Shown: positions 7,639 through 16,748 of the stretch, in pieces
Layout of the letters: each line of letters starts with the position of its first letter
How positions within the stretch are numbered: the stretch's first letter is position 1
Source: Bacteroidia bacterium
Lineage (GTDB): Bacteria > Bacteroidota > Bacteroidia > NS11-12g > UBA9320
Direction: 5' to 3'
Length of the DNA stretch: 64,000 nucleotides
Assembly: GCA_965216465.1 (NCBI GenBank)
Contig: CBDCFW010000006.1
Coordinates: 448,001 to 512,000, forward strand
Made by a program: the position numbers and the translations under genes
The notes under the pieces: model-generated
What the model saw: only the letters and a program-made list of their open reading frames with translations
Told to the model about the DNA's origin: nothing
The model's database searches: none

Positions 7639-8679
7639 GTGAAAAAAAAATTTAGTGAATATTATAGTATCAGTAAAGATCGATTAGAAGAACACTGGGA
7701 AAAGGATACCTTTAGTTTTGACGCTAATGTTCTTTTGAATCTATATAGATATACTCCTAAGACTAGAGATGCTTTTTTCGCTTTATTTGAAAAGATTAAA
7801 GAACGAATTTGGATCTCTTACCAAGCCGCATTTGAATATCAAAAAAATAGACTTGTTGTTATCAACGCCCAAAAAGAAGCTTATAAGGAAATAAGGGATA
7901 CTTTAAAAAAGAAGAAAGGTGAGATTGAAGCCAAACTTAATGGTTTTAAAAAACATCCATACCTACAGACTAGTGAATTAAAAACTCAAATAGAGTCGGC
8001 ATTTCAATCTATCAGTAAAGATTTAGACAAATTAGAGAAAAATCACCCTGACTACTTGGTAAAAGACCCTATATGGGAGCGATTAACGGAGTTACTGGAT
8101 TCGAATGTTGGAGACGATTTTAACAAAGAGGAATTAGAAAAAATATATAGAGAAGGTAAGAAACGATATGATGAAAAAGTTCCTCCAGGATATATGGATT
8201 TAAAAGATAAAAAAAACGAAGGAAATAGATCTTTATACGGAGATATAATTGTTTGGAAACAAGTTATTGCCAAAGGCAAAGAAATCGACAATTCAATAAT
8301 TCTAATAACGGACGATTTAAAGGAAGATTGGTGGTATAAGTTTAAAGGAAAAACAATTAGCCCCAGACCAGAACTAATCAAAGAATTCAAAGAGGAGGCC
8401 AACAAGCAAATTAACATCTATCAAGCCGATCGATTTTTAGAATTGGCTAATAAAAATTTAGAACAACGTACAACGTTGGAAGCAATTGAGGAAGTTCGAA
8501 AGGTAAGGTTGGCAGATGAAAAAGATATAGAAAAAGAAATAAGAGCATTCGAAATGCTCTTAGAGGATAATGGAGATGAGAATTTTAGAGAAAATGCTAG
8601 AATATTAGCAAACGTTGAAAAAAGCTCCTTTGAAAATGCAATCGAAAATAGTATCGCGGATAATAAAAAAAATAAATGA
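7639..8679 (+). CDS. PIN-like domain protein (DUF4935/PIN_8 type), putative RNase
   Basis: 'FDANVLLNLYRY', 'QAAFEY', 'PPGYMD', 'YGDIIVWKQ', 'LITDDLKEDWW…PRPEL'. Confidence 0.85.
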   Translation: MKKKFSEYYSISKDRLEEHWEKDTFSFDANVLLNLYRYTPKTRDAFFALFEKIKERIWISYQAAFEYQKNRLVVINAQKEAYKEIRDTLKKKKGEIEAKLNGFKKHPYLQTSELKTQIESAFQSISKDLDKLEKNHPDYLVKDPIWERLTELLDSNVGDDFNKEELEKIYREGKKRYDEKVPPGYMDLKDKKNEGNRSLYGDIIVWKQVIAKGKEIDNSIILITDDLKEDWWYKFKGKTISPRPELIKEFKEEANKQINIYQADRFLELANKNLEQRTTLEAIEEVRKVRLADEKDIEKEIRAFEMLLEDNGDENFRENARILANVEKSSFENAIENSIADNKKNK

Positions 8680-9015
8680 GTAACGACTTTGAAAATTCAA
8701 TTGACGGATTTCATCAAGATCAGCCCCAAAGAGACGCAAAAGCTATCTTTTCAAGGTTAATTCAAGAAGATCAATATTTAGGAGACATATTCTCAATTAA
8801 TTATGAACTGTCTAAAGTTTTGGTTCATGATTTCCATAGACAAAAAGTAGGAGGAATTCCGAGTCTTTGTTTTCTTATTGCAACTAGAATAAATGTAAAT
8901 GAAAATATTGATTTCAAAGATGAAGATGCCTCAATTATTCTATTAAGAGTTATGGATGCTGCATCCATTCCGCAAGATCGAGAAGCAGAAAAAATAAGAG
9001 TTGAAACAGCTCAGC
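8676..9015 (+). pseudogene. N-terminal (HAS-barrel-like) fragment of a HerA/DUF87-type ATPase, cut by IS3
   Basis: ATGA overlap with the PIN gene. 'GDIFSINYE..KVLVHD..RQKVGGIP..CFLIATR…IILLRVMDAA.IP' resembles HerA N-termini. The frame runs into the IS end at 9016. Confidence 0.65.
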
Positions 9016-9072
9016 TGTATGACGTCAACCAAATCTGAACTTTTTAGTTAAAAAATTAAGATAGAGTTGGTA

Positions 9073-10047
9073 CTAATTTAAGTTAATTTTCTGATACTGT
9101 TTTTTTCTTGCTTTAAGCGTTCTTGTTTTCGTTTTACTTCTCTGCATCAATTTCTGTTCTGCTTTGCCATAATATACCTCAGCTGGTGTAAGGTTGTCTA
9201 AGGATTCATGGTAGCGTTTGTAGTTGTAATACTCCACGAACTCTTTCAACTTTCTTTCTAATTGTTCTGGACTAAAATAGTTATCTAACTTCACTACGTT
9301 TTTCATAGATCGGTGATACCGTTCTATTTTTCCTTGTGTTTGAGGGTGTAATGGTCTTCCTCTTACATGTTTCATATTTTGAACTTGAAGATAATCAGCA
9401 AGTTCGCCTGATATGTAACAAGAGCCGTTGTCTGATAGTAGCTTTGGTCTGCTATTATCGGAGACTCCAGAAGCCAATAAAGCCTCATCTAAGGTGTCTT
9501 TTACATCCTCTGCCTTCATGGTAGAACATAACTTCCAGTTAACAATAAACCTGGAGTAATCATCCAATACAGTGGAGAGGTAATACCATCCCCAACCAAA
9601 GACTTTAAAGTAGGTGAAGTCTGTCTGCCACATCTGATTTACATGAGTGGTTTTATCGTAAAAACTATCTGATGCACTCATAATCCTAAAGGCTGGAGTG
9701 GAGATTAATCCATTAGCTTTAAGAATACGATATACACTAGACTCACTAATGAAATAGCTGTAGGTGTCTGTAATATGCCAGGCTACTTCTCTTGCTGAAA
9801 GCTCTGGTTTTTCTAATGCTATTTCAAGGACCTTGTCTCGGTCTTGCTCATTAATCCTGTTCCATGAGCCTTTTCTTCTACTAGGTTTACGAGCAAGGCC
9901 TTCAAAGCCTAGTTCATTATAAGCTCTATACCAGTTGTAGAAAGTAGTCTTATTAATCTTAAGCTCCCTTAGCGTGCGTATAACGCCCAGATCTGATTGT
10001 TCTACAAGCCTTATTAGCTCGTACTTCTCTTGTTGACTGTAATGCAT
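9073..10047 (-). CDS. IS3 transposase OrfB (rve/DDE integrase core)
   Basis: 'WQTDFTY', 'LLSDNG', 'PQTQGKIERYHRSMK'. Confidence 0.95.
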   Translation of the reverse strand: MHYSQQEKYELIRLVEQSDLGVIRTLRELKINKTTFYNWYRAYNELGFEGLARKPSRRKGSWNRINEQDRDKVLEIALEKPELSAREVAWHITDTYSYFISESSVYRILKANGLISTPAFRIMSASDSFYDKTTHVNQMWQTDFTYFKVFGWGWYYLSTVLDDYSRFIVNWKLCSTMKAEDVKDTLDEALLASGVSDNSRPKLLSDNGSCYISGELADYLQVQNMKHVRGRPLHPQTQGKIERYHRSMKNVVKLDNYFSPEQLERKLKEFVEYYNYKRYHESLDNLTPAEVYYGKAEQKLMQRSKTKTRTLKARKKQYQKINLN

Positions 10048-10061
10048 ATACTTCTTCCTTT

Positions 10062-10409
10062 CTACTCTTCGCCACTTAAGTTTTTTTTCAATTCTCGATT
10101 CTTCAAGGATAACTCTGCTACAAGCTCCTTTAAAGACTGATTCTCCCTCTTTAGGTCTTTCACCTCTGAGGTGTTGGCTTCTCGCATGGTATCGCCTGTT
10201 AATCGACGCTTACCTGCTTCCATGAAGTCTTTACTCCACTTGTAATAGTTCGCCTGGCTGATGCCTTCTTTTCTGCATAATTCAGCAACGGAGGTCTCTC
10301 CACGTATGCCTTCAATAATGATGTGAATCTTTTCTTCTGATGAATACTTCTTTCTTGTCTTTCTTTTTAAGTCACTAATTAGTGAACTCGCACTTTTCTT
10401 GTTTGCCAT
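10062..10409 (-). CDS. IS3 transposase OrfA (HTH + leucine zipper)
   Basis: 'RKKYSSEEKIHII…SVAELCRKEGIS…YYKW…LKRENQSLKELVAEL'. Confidence 0.95.
   Translation of the reverse strand: MANKKSASSLISDLKRKTRKKYSSEEKIHIIIEGIRGETSVAELCRKEGISQANYYKWSKDFMEAGKRRLTGDTMREANTSEVKDLKRENQSLKELVAELSLKNRELKKNLSGEE
10080..10088 (-). other. -1 programmed frameshift site (A8C) joining OrfA to OrfB
   Basis: Minus strand TTG AAA AAA AAC. The -1 frame reads KKLKWRRVERKKY-MHYS directly into OrfB. Confidence 0.85.
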
Positions 10410-10496
10410 TAAGGTTTCTTTAAAAGGTTATAAATTTATTAAAACCTCTATCTTATTAATTTAACCTAAATAGTTCACTTTTTGCTGACTTTAAAC

Positions 10497-11615
10497 ATGG
10501 AAGATTTGATATTTGATAAACTTAAATGTACCATTGAAATAAATCCTAAATCACTAAAACACCAAAAAGTATATAATTTAGAAATTCAAAACGTTTCTCT
10601 TGAAAATCTTGATATTCTAAATAAACTTATCAGCACATTTGAAAATTTTAAATTTAAAACGATCTATTGGAAGGCTGAATCTCAATACCTTATTTCACAA
10701 CCAATTAATATTCAGCAATTTGCAGCTGACCCAACAAAATCAATACCTCTACAAAATTGTTTTAGTTTAGCAGGATATTCTGATTTATCCACTCTCACAA
10801 CCGACCTGTCTGAGTCTACCGAACGGGAACGAATTAGAGATCTATTGGGCTCTGCAGTTACAAAACATATTAAAAGTGTTTGGAAAGATCATAAGATTAA
10901 AATCACTTTCGATATTTCTGATGGTTTAATTAATTTTCATATTAAAGATAGCAACTCAAAAGAACGTGCTAAAACTTCTGATCAAAGAAGTGACGGATTT
11001 AGACAATTCATTTCTTTTTTATTGACTCTTTCTGCTCAATATCAGAACAAGGAACTTCAGAACACACTAATTCTTTTAGATGAACCTGAAACCCACTTGC
11101 ATCCTACGGCTCAATTGAATTTGCTGAGGGAAATTATTGAAATATCAAAAGGTCAGTCAAATAATGTTCTCTTTTTTGCAACCCATTCAAATTATTTAGT
11201 GGACAAAGAATGTCTAGAAAGAAACTACAAAGTGATTAAGGATAAAGATAGAACTAAAATTCATCGGTTTGAACAACATTACTCATCTTATGCTAGCGTG
11301 AATTACGAAGTTTTTGAAATTCCAACTTCAGACTATCATAATGAGCTTTATGGAAAATTATATTCTCTTTCAGAGATTGAAAATCTAACAAAATTTGATG
11401 AATATATTCAAGAAAAAGTTGAAGGATCAACAGTTAAAAAAGGTTACAAACATACAAATGGTAAAGAGTTTGATTGTTCCTTAAGTACTTACATTCGCCA
11501 TCAAATTCATCACCCTGAAAATGACAAGAACAAACGTTATACTTATGATGAGCTCTCAACTTCGATCAAAATAATGCTGGAACACATAAACTTGCTTTTG
11601 CAAAACAAAGCTTAG
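10497..11615 (+). pseudogene. 5'-truncated ABC-type (AAA_15/OLD-like) ATPase with a C-terminal RxxxxH motif
   Basis: Has signature 'QRSDG', Walker B/D-loop 'LILLDEPETHLHP', H-loop 'FFATHS' and C-terminal 'YIRHQIHHPEN'. No Walker A. Begins at the IS end. Confidence 0.75.
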
Positions 11616-11651
11616 CATCAGTTTTTTATATAAATATTTAAGAAGAAAAAT

Positions 11652-11867
11652 ATGATTATGACATTAAGATACCTTGGCTCAAGTGACGAATATTTCGAAA
11701 CAGATGAAAACTATGAAGTTAAAATTGAATGGACTGGCAATTTAGAGCCGCTTACCATAGTGCGAACTGACGATCATCTGAAAAGCAAATTCTATCGTAT
11801 GGCAAAACAAGCACATAGAGATTGGGATCTAAATGATTGTCCATATTTCATAAATACAAATAAATAA
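11652..11867 (+). CDS. Small hypothetical protein
   Basis: 71-aa ORF ending 2 nt before the next gene. Confidence 0.5.
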   Translation: MIMTLRYLGSSDEYFETDENYEVKIEWTGNLEPLTIVRTDDHLKSKFYRMAKQAHRDWDLNDCPYFINTNK

Positions 11868-11869
11868 AT

Positions 11870-12406
11870 ATGCCTATCGCCAGCGAACTCTCTAACTTAA
11901 TCGTACCCAAACAGGTCCTTGAATCAAAGTATCAAGGTGGCATCTCTCAATTTAAAAAGGACTTCAATTTTGAAAGCTCTAAACATAATGCTGAGGATCA
12001 TGAAGTAATCAGAATTGGGGCTATGAATAGTGATGAGTTTGATCTAGATCTACTTATTACTAGAGGACTTGAATACAACTCCAATACAAACTCAACCGAA
12101 GACTTCGTAATAGTTAGCCGATACGGAGGTGCTCTTTGGAAAACAGAATGGCTTCATGAGAATGGAGTTTTTCTGTGGCACTTCTATGCTGATCCTAGAT
12201 CACATAGAGAAGCTAAGGATAGAGGACTATGTCCGATGAATGAAATAGAAAAGAGATATGGCAGCTATGAAAATTTCTACTCTCCAATAATGCATGATGA
12301 AATTGAAGATACATTAAGCTATGAAGAACTTAAAAGAATAGCAATTGAAGTAGTGGATATTATGTCTGATGATGATAATAAAAAATCAAGTAAGAATATT
12401 ACTTAA
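11870..12406 (+). CDS. Hypothetical protein
   Basis: 178-aa ORF with globular composition. No family recognised. Confidence 0.7.
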   Translation: MPIASELSNLIVPKQVLESKYQGGISQFKKDFNFESSKHNAEDHEVIRIGAMNSDEFDLDLLITRGLEYNSNTNSTEDFVIVSRYGGALWKTEWLHENGVFLWHFYADPRSHREAKDRGLCPMNEIEKRYGSYENFYSPIMHDEIEDTLSYEELKRIAIEVVDIMSDDDNKKSSKNIT

Positions 12407-12410
12407 CATT

Positions 12411-13403
12411 CTAATTTCGCAGTTTAGCTATGGATTCTGAAATGCTTTTTAAGGATTCCAAGATTGGTCCTTTGTCATTATGAGAATTACTATCAAGTGT
12501 ATCACTTGGGTTTTCACCTACCACTTTTAATATGGTCTCTATCAGCTCTAACTTAAGATCTTTTCCTATTCTGGAATCACCTAAGTCTTCTAATTCTTGC
12601 TTTAGTCCATAATATATTTTGGCAACATCTTCTTTGTAGGCATACTCCTGTTGTAATCTCTTATTTTGGCTTCTTTGCTTGCTTGCAAAAACAGCTAACC
12701 AAATTGCACCTCCCAAAAATGGCAAGTTGCCTAAAGTGTATTTCCAAACTTCGGATAGCTCATAATTAACATTCTTGAATGTTATTATTGAGAAAGTCAT
12801 CAAGGCACCTATTGATATAAAGAATAACAAAATCCACAACCTGTTGGAAATCACAAATGACTGCTTATGATCATTAAATGCCTTGGCTAATGCTACTGTG
12901 CTTGCTCCCTTCAATAAACTTTCAATTCTCTTAAATAGCTCACTTTGCTTTTTGGAATTATTTTGATATAACTCACTTGTACTTGACAAAAATCCTTCGA
13001 TGCGAGACTTAATTCCTTCTATATGAATTCCTTCATCATTTCTGTATCCATTCAGCTCAGATTCATACTCTGAAATGTCCTCAAGCGTTTTTTGAATTTC
13101 AATCTTATATTGTTCAAATTCAGAAGCAAAACCTTCAATATCCTCTCCTATCACATAGCCAGATTCATTTTCTTCGAAAACCTTGTCATGAATTTTCGAT
13201 ATGTCTTTAGAAACAATTTCCGTCTGGTCTTTAATCTCATTTGTTTGATTGATTAAATCATTCATCACTGCTAAGCTCTTTTCAGCAGATTCTCTCAATT
13301 CGTCAATCTCTTTAATCTTTAGTTCAGCCTTTTTCTTAAATTCGTTGATATTCCTTGTAATCCAAGCCTTATGACCAGATGAGAAATCTTCCTCCTTTTT
13401 CAT
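12411..13403 (-). CDS. Coiled-coil protein with two C-terminal transmembrane helices
   Basis: E/K-rich heptad N-terminus. Hydrophobic segments LWILLFFISIGALMTFSII and LPFLGGAIWLAVFA. Confidence 0.75.
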   Translation of the reverse strand: MKKEEDFSSGHKAWITRNINEFKKKAELKIKEIDELRESAEKSLAVMNDLINQTNEIKDQTEIVSKDISKIHDKVFEENESGYVIGEDIEGFASEFEQYKIEIQKTLEDISEYESELNGYRNDEGIHIEGIKSRIEGFLSSTSELYQNNSKKQSELFKRIESLLKGASTVALAKAFNDHKQSFVISNRLWILLFFISIGALMTFSIITFKNVNYELSEVWKYTLGNLPFLGGAIWLAVFASKQRSQNKRLQQEYAYKEDVAKIYYGLKQELEDLGDSRIGKDLKLELIETILKVVGENPSDTLDSNSHNDKGPILESLKSISESIAKLRN

Positions 13404-13508
13404 AGTTATTATTATTTAGACCTTTTCTTATAGGCCGCTAGCTTCGATACGAATTTAAGGATTATTAAATGATTTATAGCATAACCAAATGCTCAGAATG
13501 CCATTGCT

Positions 13509-14366
13509 CTATATCCCATCCATTTTATCCAGTCCAAGATTTTTAACATACTGTTGCTTTAATCTATACCTAATAAAAGAGCTTAAAACACAATTGTCTT
13601 TTGTTTTGTCAAATGGGCTGTCATAATTGTATTTTGGTTCATATGATCCGATTGTAAATACATAACCATCCTCTTCTGTGTTAAAGTAAGCTCCAGATCT
13701 AAACCCTAAACACAGTTCAATAACATAAGCTTTAGTTTCCCATCTTAAAACTGTTGTTTGAATTAACTCAGAGTTCTCATCCTCGATACCAGAATTTGTA
13801 AATATTTGTCCATCCTTAAACGTGTACAGAGTATGGTAGTCTGTAGTGTATTCTCGAGGCTCGCCATATTTAGCAGTATATTTAGTAACCACAACATCAA
13901 CGATATCTTGTCTTACAGTGCTAGAAATTGTTTTAACTGGAAAACTCATCCCGGTCACAGTTGACTGAATAGACAGAGGATTAAACCACTCTTGAGAATA
14001 GGTTGTGTTGTTGGATGAAACTAGAATAACATCAACGGCCCTTATTTTATCATTCTGCATTGTAGGATAGATAATACCATAATGCGAAATATCAACCTGA
14101 CCATTTTTAAAGTTGTAGTTGTCGAAATTAAGAACATTTGAAGTCCAGAGGTTTATTCCATTCTTTTGTTCTTTAATGTAGTCTCCTCGCCAAAAATTAT
14201 TTGTGTAAAACGTAGAAAGTCCTAACTCTAATGAATCAAAGGTGCTAACTTTAGAACCTAGCATTATTTGGTCTATTATAGTTACTTCTTCTTGACTTAG
14301 ACTGCTACATCCCGTAAAAAATAAAACAACTATTACCGATGCGAAGTAGTTAAATGATGTCTTCAT
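13509..14366 (-). CDS. Putative lipoprotein
   Basis: MKTSFNYFASVIVVLFFTGC lipobox-type signal from ATG at 14366. Confidence 0.7.
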   Translation of the reverse strand: MKTSFNYFASVIVVLFFTGCSSLSQEEVTIIDQIMLGSKVSTFDSLELGLSTFYTNNFWRGDYIKEQKNGINLWTSNVLNFDNYNFKNGQVDISHYGIIYPTMQNDKIRAVDVILVSSNNTTYSQEWFNPLSIQSTVTGMSFPVKTISSTVRQDIVDVVVTKYTAKYGEPREYTTDYHTLYTFKDGQIFTNSGIEDENSELIQTTVLRWETKAYVIELCLGFRSGAYFNTEEDGYVFTIGSYEPKYNYDSPFDKTKDNCVLSSFIRYRLKQQYVKNLGLDKMDGI

Positions 14367-14389
14367 ATTGCTTATAATTAAATCAAAAA

Positions 14390-14425
14390 TATAGGCATTC
14401 ATGCTTATAGGCAAGCGTGCCTTGA
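14390..14425. promoter_or_regulatory. Tandem palindromic operators between the lipoprotein and XRE genes
   Basis: TATAGGCA-ttca-TGCTTATA (14390-14409) and TATAGGCA-agcg-TGCCTTGA (14406-14425), 16-bp period. They abut a minus-strand TATTTTTG element at 14384-14391. Confidence 0.6.
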
Positions 14426-14426
14426 A

Positions 14427-14666
14427 ATGGAATTTTACAGCGTGAATAATTTGCGAGATGACGAGTTCCTAAATAAGCTTGGAAAGAGGTTAAAAGAGCT
14501 AAGAACAGCTCAGGGTTTGACTCAGGAAAAACTTGCATTTGCTATCGGAGTTGAAATCTCACAGATAAGTCGAATTGAACGAGGAATAATCAATCCAACA
14601 ATTTCAACTCTCCTGGTTATCTCTAAACATCTGAACATTAATTTGAGTGAATTCTTAGAATTCTAA
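14427..14666 (+). CDS. XRE-family HTH regulator (controller C-protein-like)
   Basis: 'LGKRLKELRTAQGLTQEKLA…ISRIERGIINPTISTL'. True start may be GTG at 14442. Confidence 0.9.
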   Translation: MEFYSVNNLRDDEFLNKLGKRLKELRTAQGLTQEKLAFAIGVEISQISRIERGIINPTISTLLVISKHLNINLSEFLEF

Positions 14667-14748
14667 TTCACTAAACCCGAGTGCAGAATAGTTATCTTTG
14701 GAAGTGTGAAACTCGAGTTCATCTCTTTAGCACTTTGTTCTTATTGTT

Positions 14749-15900
14749 ATGTATAACCCTTATGCGTTATATATAAACTGTGATGGAGCTATGGATTACG
14801 ATTCCAGAAGTTCTGGAGGAATAGGTTATGTCATTACCTTTCCAGACAATATTGATATGGAACAAATTTTAATCTCCAAAGGTACGTATGTTGGAGGTAA
14901 TCCAGAAACAATGGAAATGGAAGCGTTAATCCAAGGAATTAAAGAAACCATCTCATTATTCCAACAACACAGTGCTATACTAAAAAGTATTTCCCAAATA
15001 ATATTTATTTCTGATAGGTACAATCTTCAAGACTCAGAACGAACATCTCCGTTCAGAATTGCAAGACTCAGACGAAACAAATGGAAAACTTATGAAGGGA
15101 AGCCAATCAAGAATCACAAACTGCTCGATGAATTGGATAAAGAAAGACAAAAGTTAGGCCATGTTTCTAAAGCAAGAATAAATATTGAGTTTAGGCCAAG
15201 GAAAAAGAATAAAATTGCAGACAAACTTTCAAAGAAAGGAAAGGCAAATAACCTTATAAACCAAAAGCTTTGGAAAAAGGGGGAAAAAATTGGTCGAAGA
15301 CGATTTGACGGTCCAGAAGTAAACTATCGTAATTTTAAATCAGGAGTTAAAATCCACATTTCAGTCTTCAGGAAGGACCCAGTGCAGGATGAGTGGGAAG
15401 TATGGGGTGAAATCTGTAACGGACCAGAGCATTCTAAAAAAGTAAAAATATACGCAGAGAATGAACTCGCATCAAATCTTTCAAGGGGCAATGAATATAT
15501 CGTGACTATTTTTGCTAAGTACTCTAACTTCTTAAGGATATATGGTTCAATAAATGAAGTAAAAAGAATGACCCTAAAAGAATTTAAGAATAAATATTAC
15601 CTCAAAAGGGATTATAAACGTTCAGATGAAAATAACTATAGTTGCGATTTGCACATTTGCTCTAAACATGATAACAAAGTTGTAATGACTAATTCCAGTA
15701 CTATCAAGATTGATCCCTGTGCCGAAATTGACCAAGATTTGTCATCTTATCCTATTAGCACAACTTCTTTGTTAAATGAAACACTTGTAACCCTCTTTAA
15801 TCTTACTCTCTTGCGTTTTGGAATAACTGAAACAGTTAAGGGCAACAGCAAAAAAGAGATTGCTACGTTCTTCAAAGGTGTTTCATTTAAGCTTGACTAG
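14749..15900 (+). CDS. RNase HI-like domain protein with a long C-terminal extension
   Basis: 'YINCDGA', 'MEMEALIQGI', 'FISD', 'KPIKNHKL', 'NKIADKLS', i.e. the D-E-D-D catalytic set. TATCTTTG promoter element upstream. Confidence 0.75.
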   Translation: MYNPYALYINCDGAMDYDSRSSGGIGYVITFPDNIDMEQILISKGTYVGGNPETMEMEALIQGIKETISLFQQHSAILKSISQIIFISDRYNLQDSERTSPFRIARLRRNKWKTYEGKPIKNHKLLDELDKERQKLGHVSKARINIEFRPRKKNKIADKLSKKGKANNLINQKLWKKGEKIGRRRFDGPEVNYRNFKSGVKIHISVFRKDPVQDEWEVWGEICNGPEHSKKVKIYAENELASNLSRGNEYIVTIFAKYSNFLRIYGSINEVKRMTLKEFKNKYYLKRDYKRSDENNYSCDLHICSKHDNKVVMTNSSTIKIDPCAEIDQDLSSYPISTTSLLNETLVTLFNLTLLRFGITETVKGNSKKEIATFFKGVSFKLD

Positions 15901-15944
15901 ATTTCTAAAAATGGCATCTCAATAATCCCAACCGTACAATAAAC

Positions 15945-16385
15945 CTACTCATCTCTAATCGAATAATACCCCTCATTACTAATAATAAGGTGATCCAACA
16001 AAGCAATATCTAGCAAATTCGCACCACTCTTAATCTTCTCCGTCAAATAAATATCTGCTCTACTTGGTTTTAAATTTCCGCTAGGATGATTATGCATAAG
16101 AATAATACTTGAAGCTCCTACTTTAAGTGCAATAGCGAAGATGACCTTAGGGTCGCAATAAGTTCCGCTTACCCCTCCCTTACTTACCGAATAATATCCA
16201 AGCAACCGATTATTCCTATTTAAGCAAACCAAAATCATTTCCTCAACCCAATTAAACGTATCCTGGTCAAATATCTGCCTTGATAGCTCAAACGCATCGT
16301 CAGCATTTCTAATCTGGTATAAATCATCCTTATTTACTGGAGGATCATATACAACAGACATTTTGATTTTAGGTATAAGTAGCAT
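15945..16385 (-). CDS. RadC-like JAB/MPN domain protein
   Basis: 'EEMILVCLN', 'HNHPSGNLKPSRAD', 'LLDHLII'. Confidence 0.93.
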   Translation of the reverse strand: MLLIPKIKMSVVYDPPVNKDDLYQIRNADDAFELSRQIFDQDTFNWVEEMILVCLNRNNRLLGYYSVSKGGVSGTYCDPKVIFAIALKVGASSIILMHNHPSGNLKPSRADIYLTEKIKSGANLLDIALLDHLIISNEGYYSIRDE

Positions 16386-16434
16386 GGTTTGTATAATTTT
16401 GTTGAGGGAAGGACTAAGCTAATCACAAATTGTC

Positions 16435-16677
16435 ATGGATAAATACGGAATTGCTGCTGTTGTTGTACTTGTAATCTTTGCAATTTTGGAGTTGAATTCA
16501 AAACAGACTTTCAAGACTAAAGAACCTAGCGAGCTAGAGAAAGCCAAGAACGGTTCTTTTAAGATAAGAAAGGAATTTGCTGAAATTTTGAAGATGAAAG
16601 GTGACCAACAGGAGCTATCAAGAGAAGAGAAGGACTTTTTATCAGATTTCTATGAAGAAGAGAACAATAGAGATTAA
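16435..16677 (+). CDS. Small protein with an N-terminal membrane anchor
   Basis: Hydrophobic stretch IAAVVVLVIFAIL followed by a charged tail. Confidence 0.55.
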   Translation: MDKYGIAAVVVLVIFAILELNSKQTFKTKEPSELEKAKNGSFKIRKEFAEILKMKGDQQELSREEKDFLSDFYEEENNRD

Positions 16678-16748
16678 ATTCATCAATGTGACGCTGTGAG
16701 CATTGATTAAATAATTAAAAAGAAGATTGCAAACCTGCAAATTTTAAA

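Larger units (their letters stand above)
9016..10497 (-). mobile_element. IS3-family insertion sequence (1482 bp)
   Basis: TG…CA termini with about 51-bp imperfect IRs: tgtatgacgtcaaccaaatctgaactttttagttaaaaaattaagatagag versus tgtttaaagtcagcaaaaagtgaactatttaggttaaattaataagatagag. Contains orfA and orfB. No target duplication. Confidence 0.93.

Noticed and set aside
10482-10496. TTG start at 10482 for the ATPase ORF
   Set aside because: These codons lie inside the IS3 terminal inverted repeat and are not part of the original gene.
14749-15900. Retron or other RT-based system suggested by the RNase H domain
   Set aside because: No reverse transcriptase (no YADD-type motif in context) and no msr/msd-like repeat nearby.
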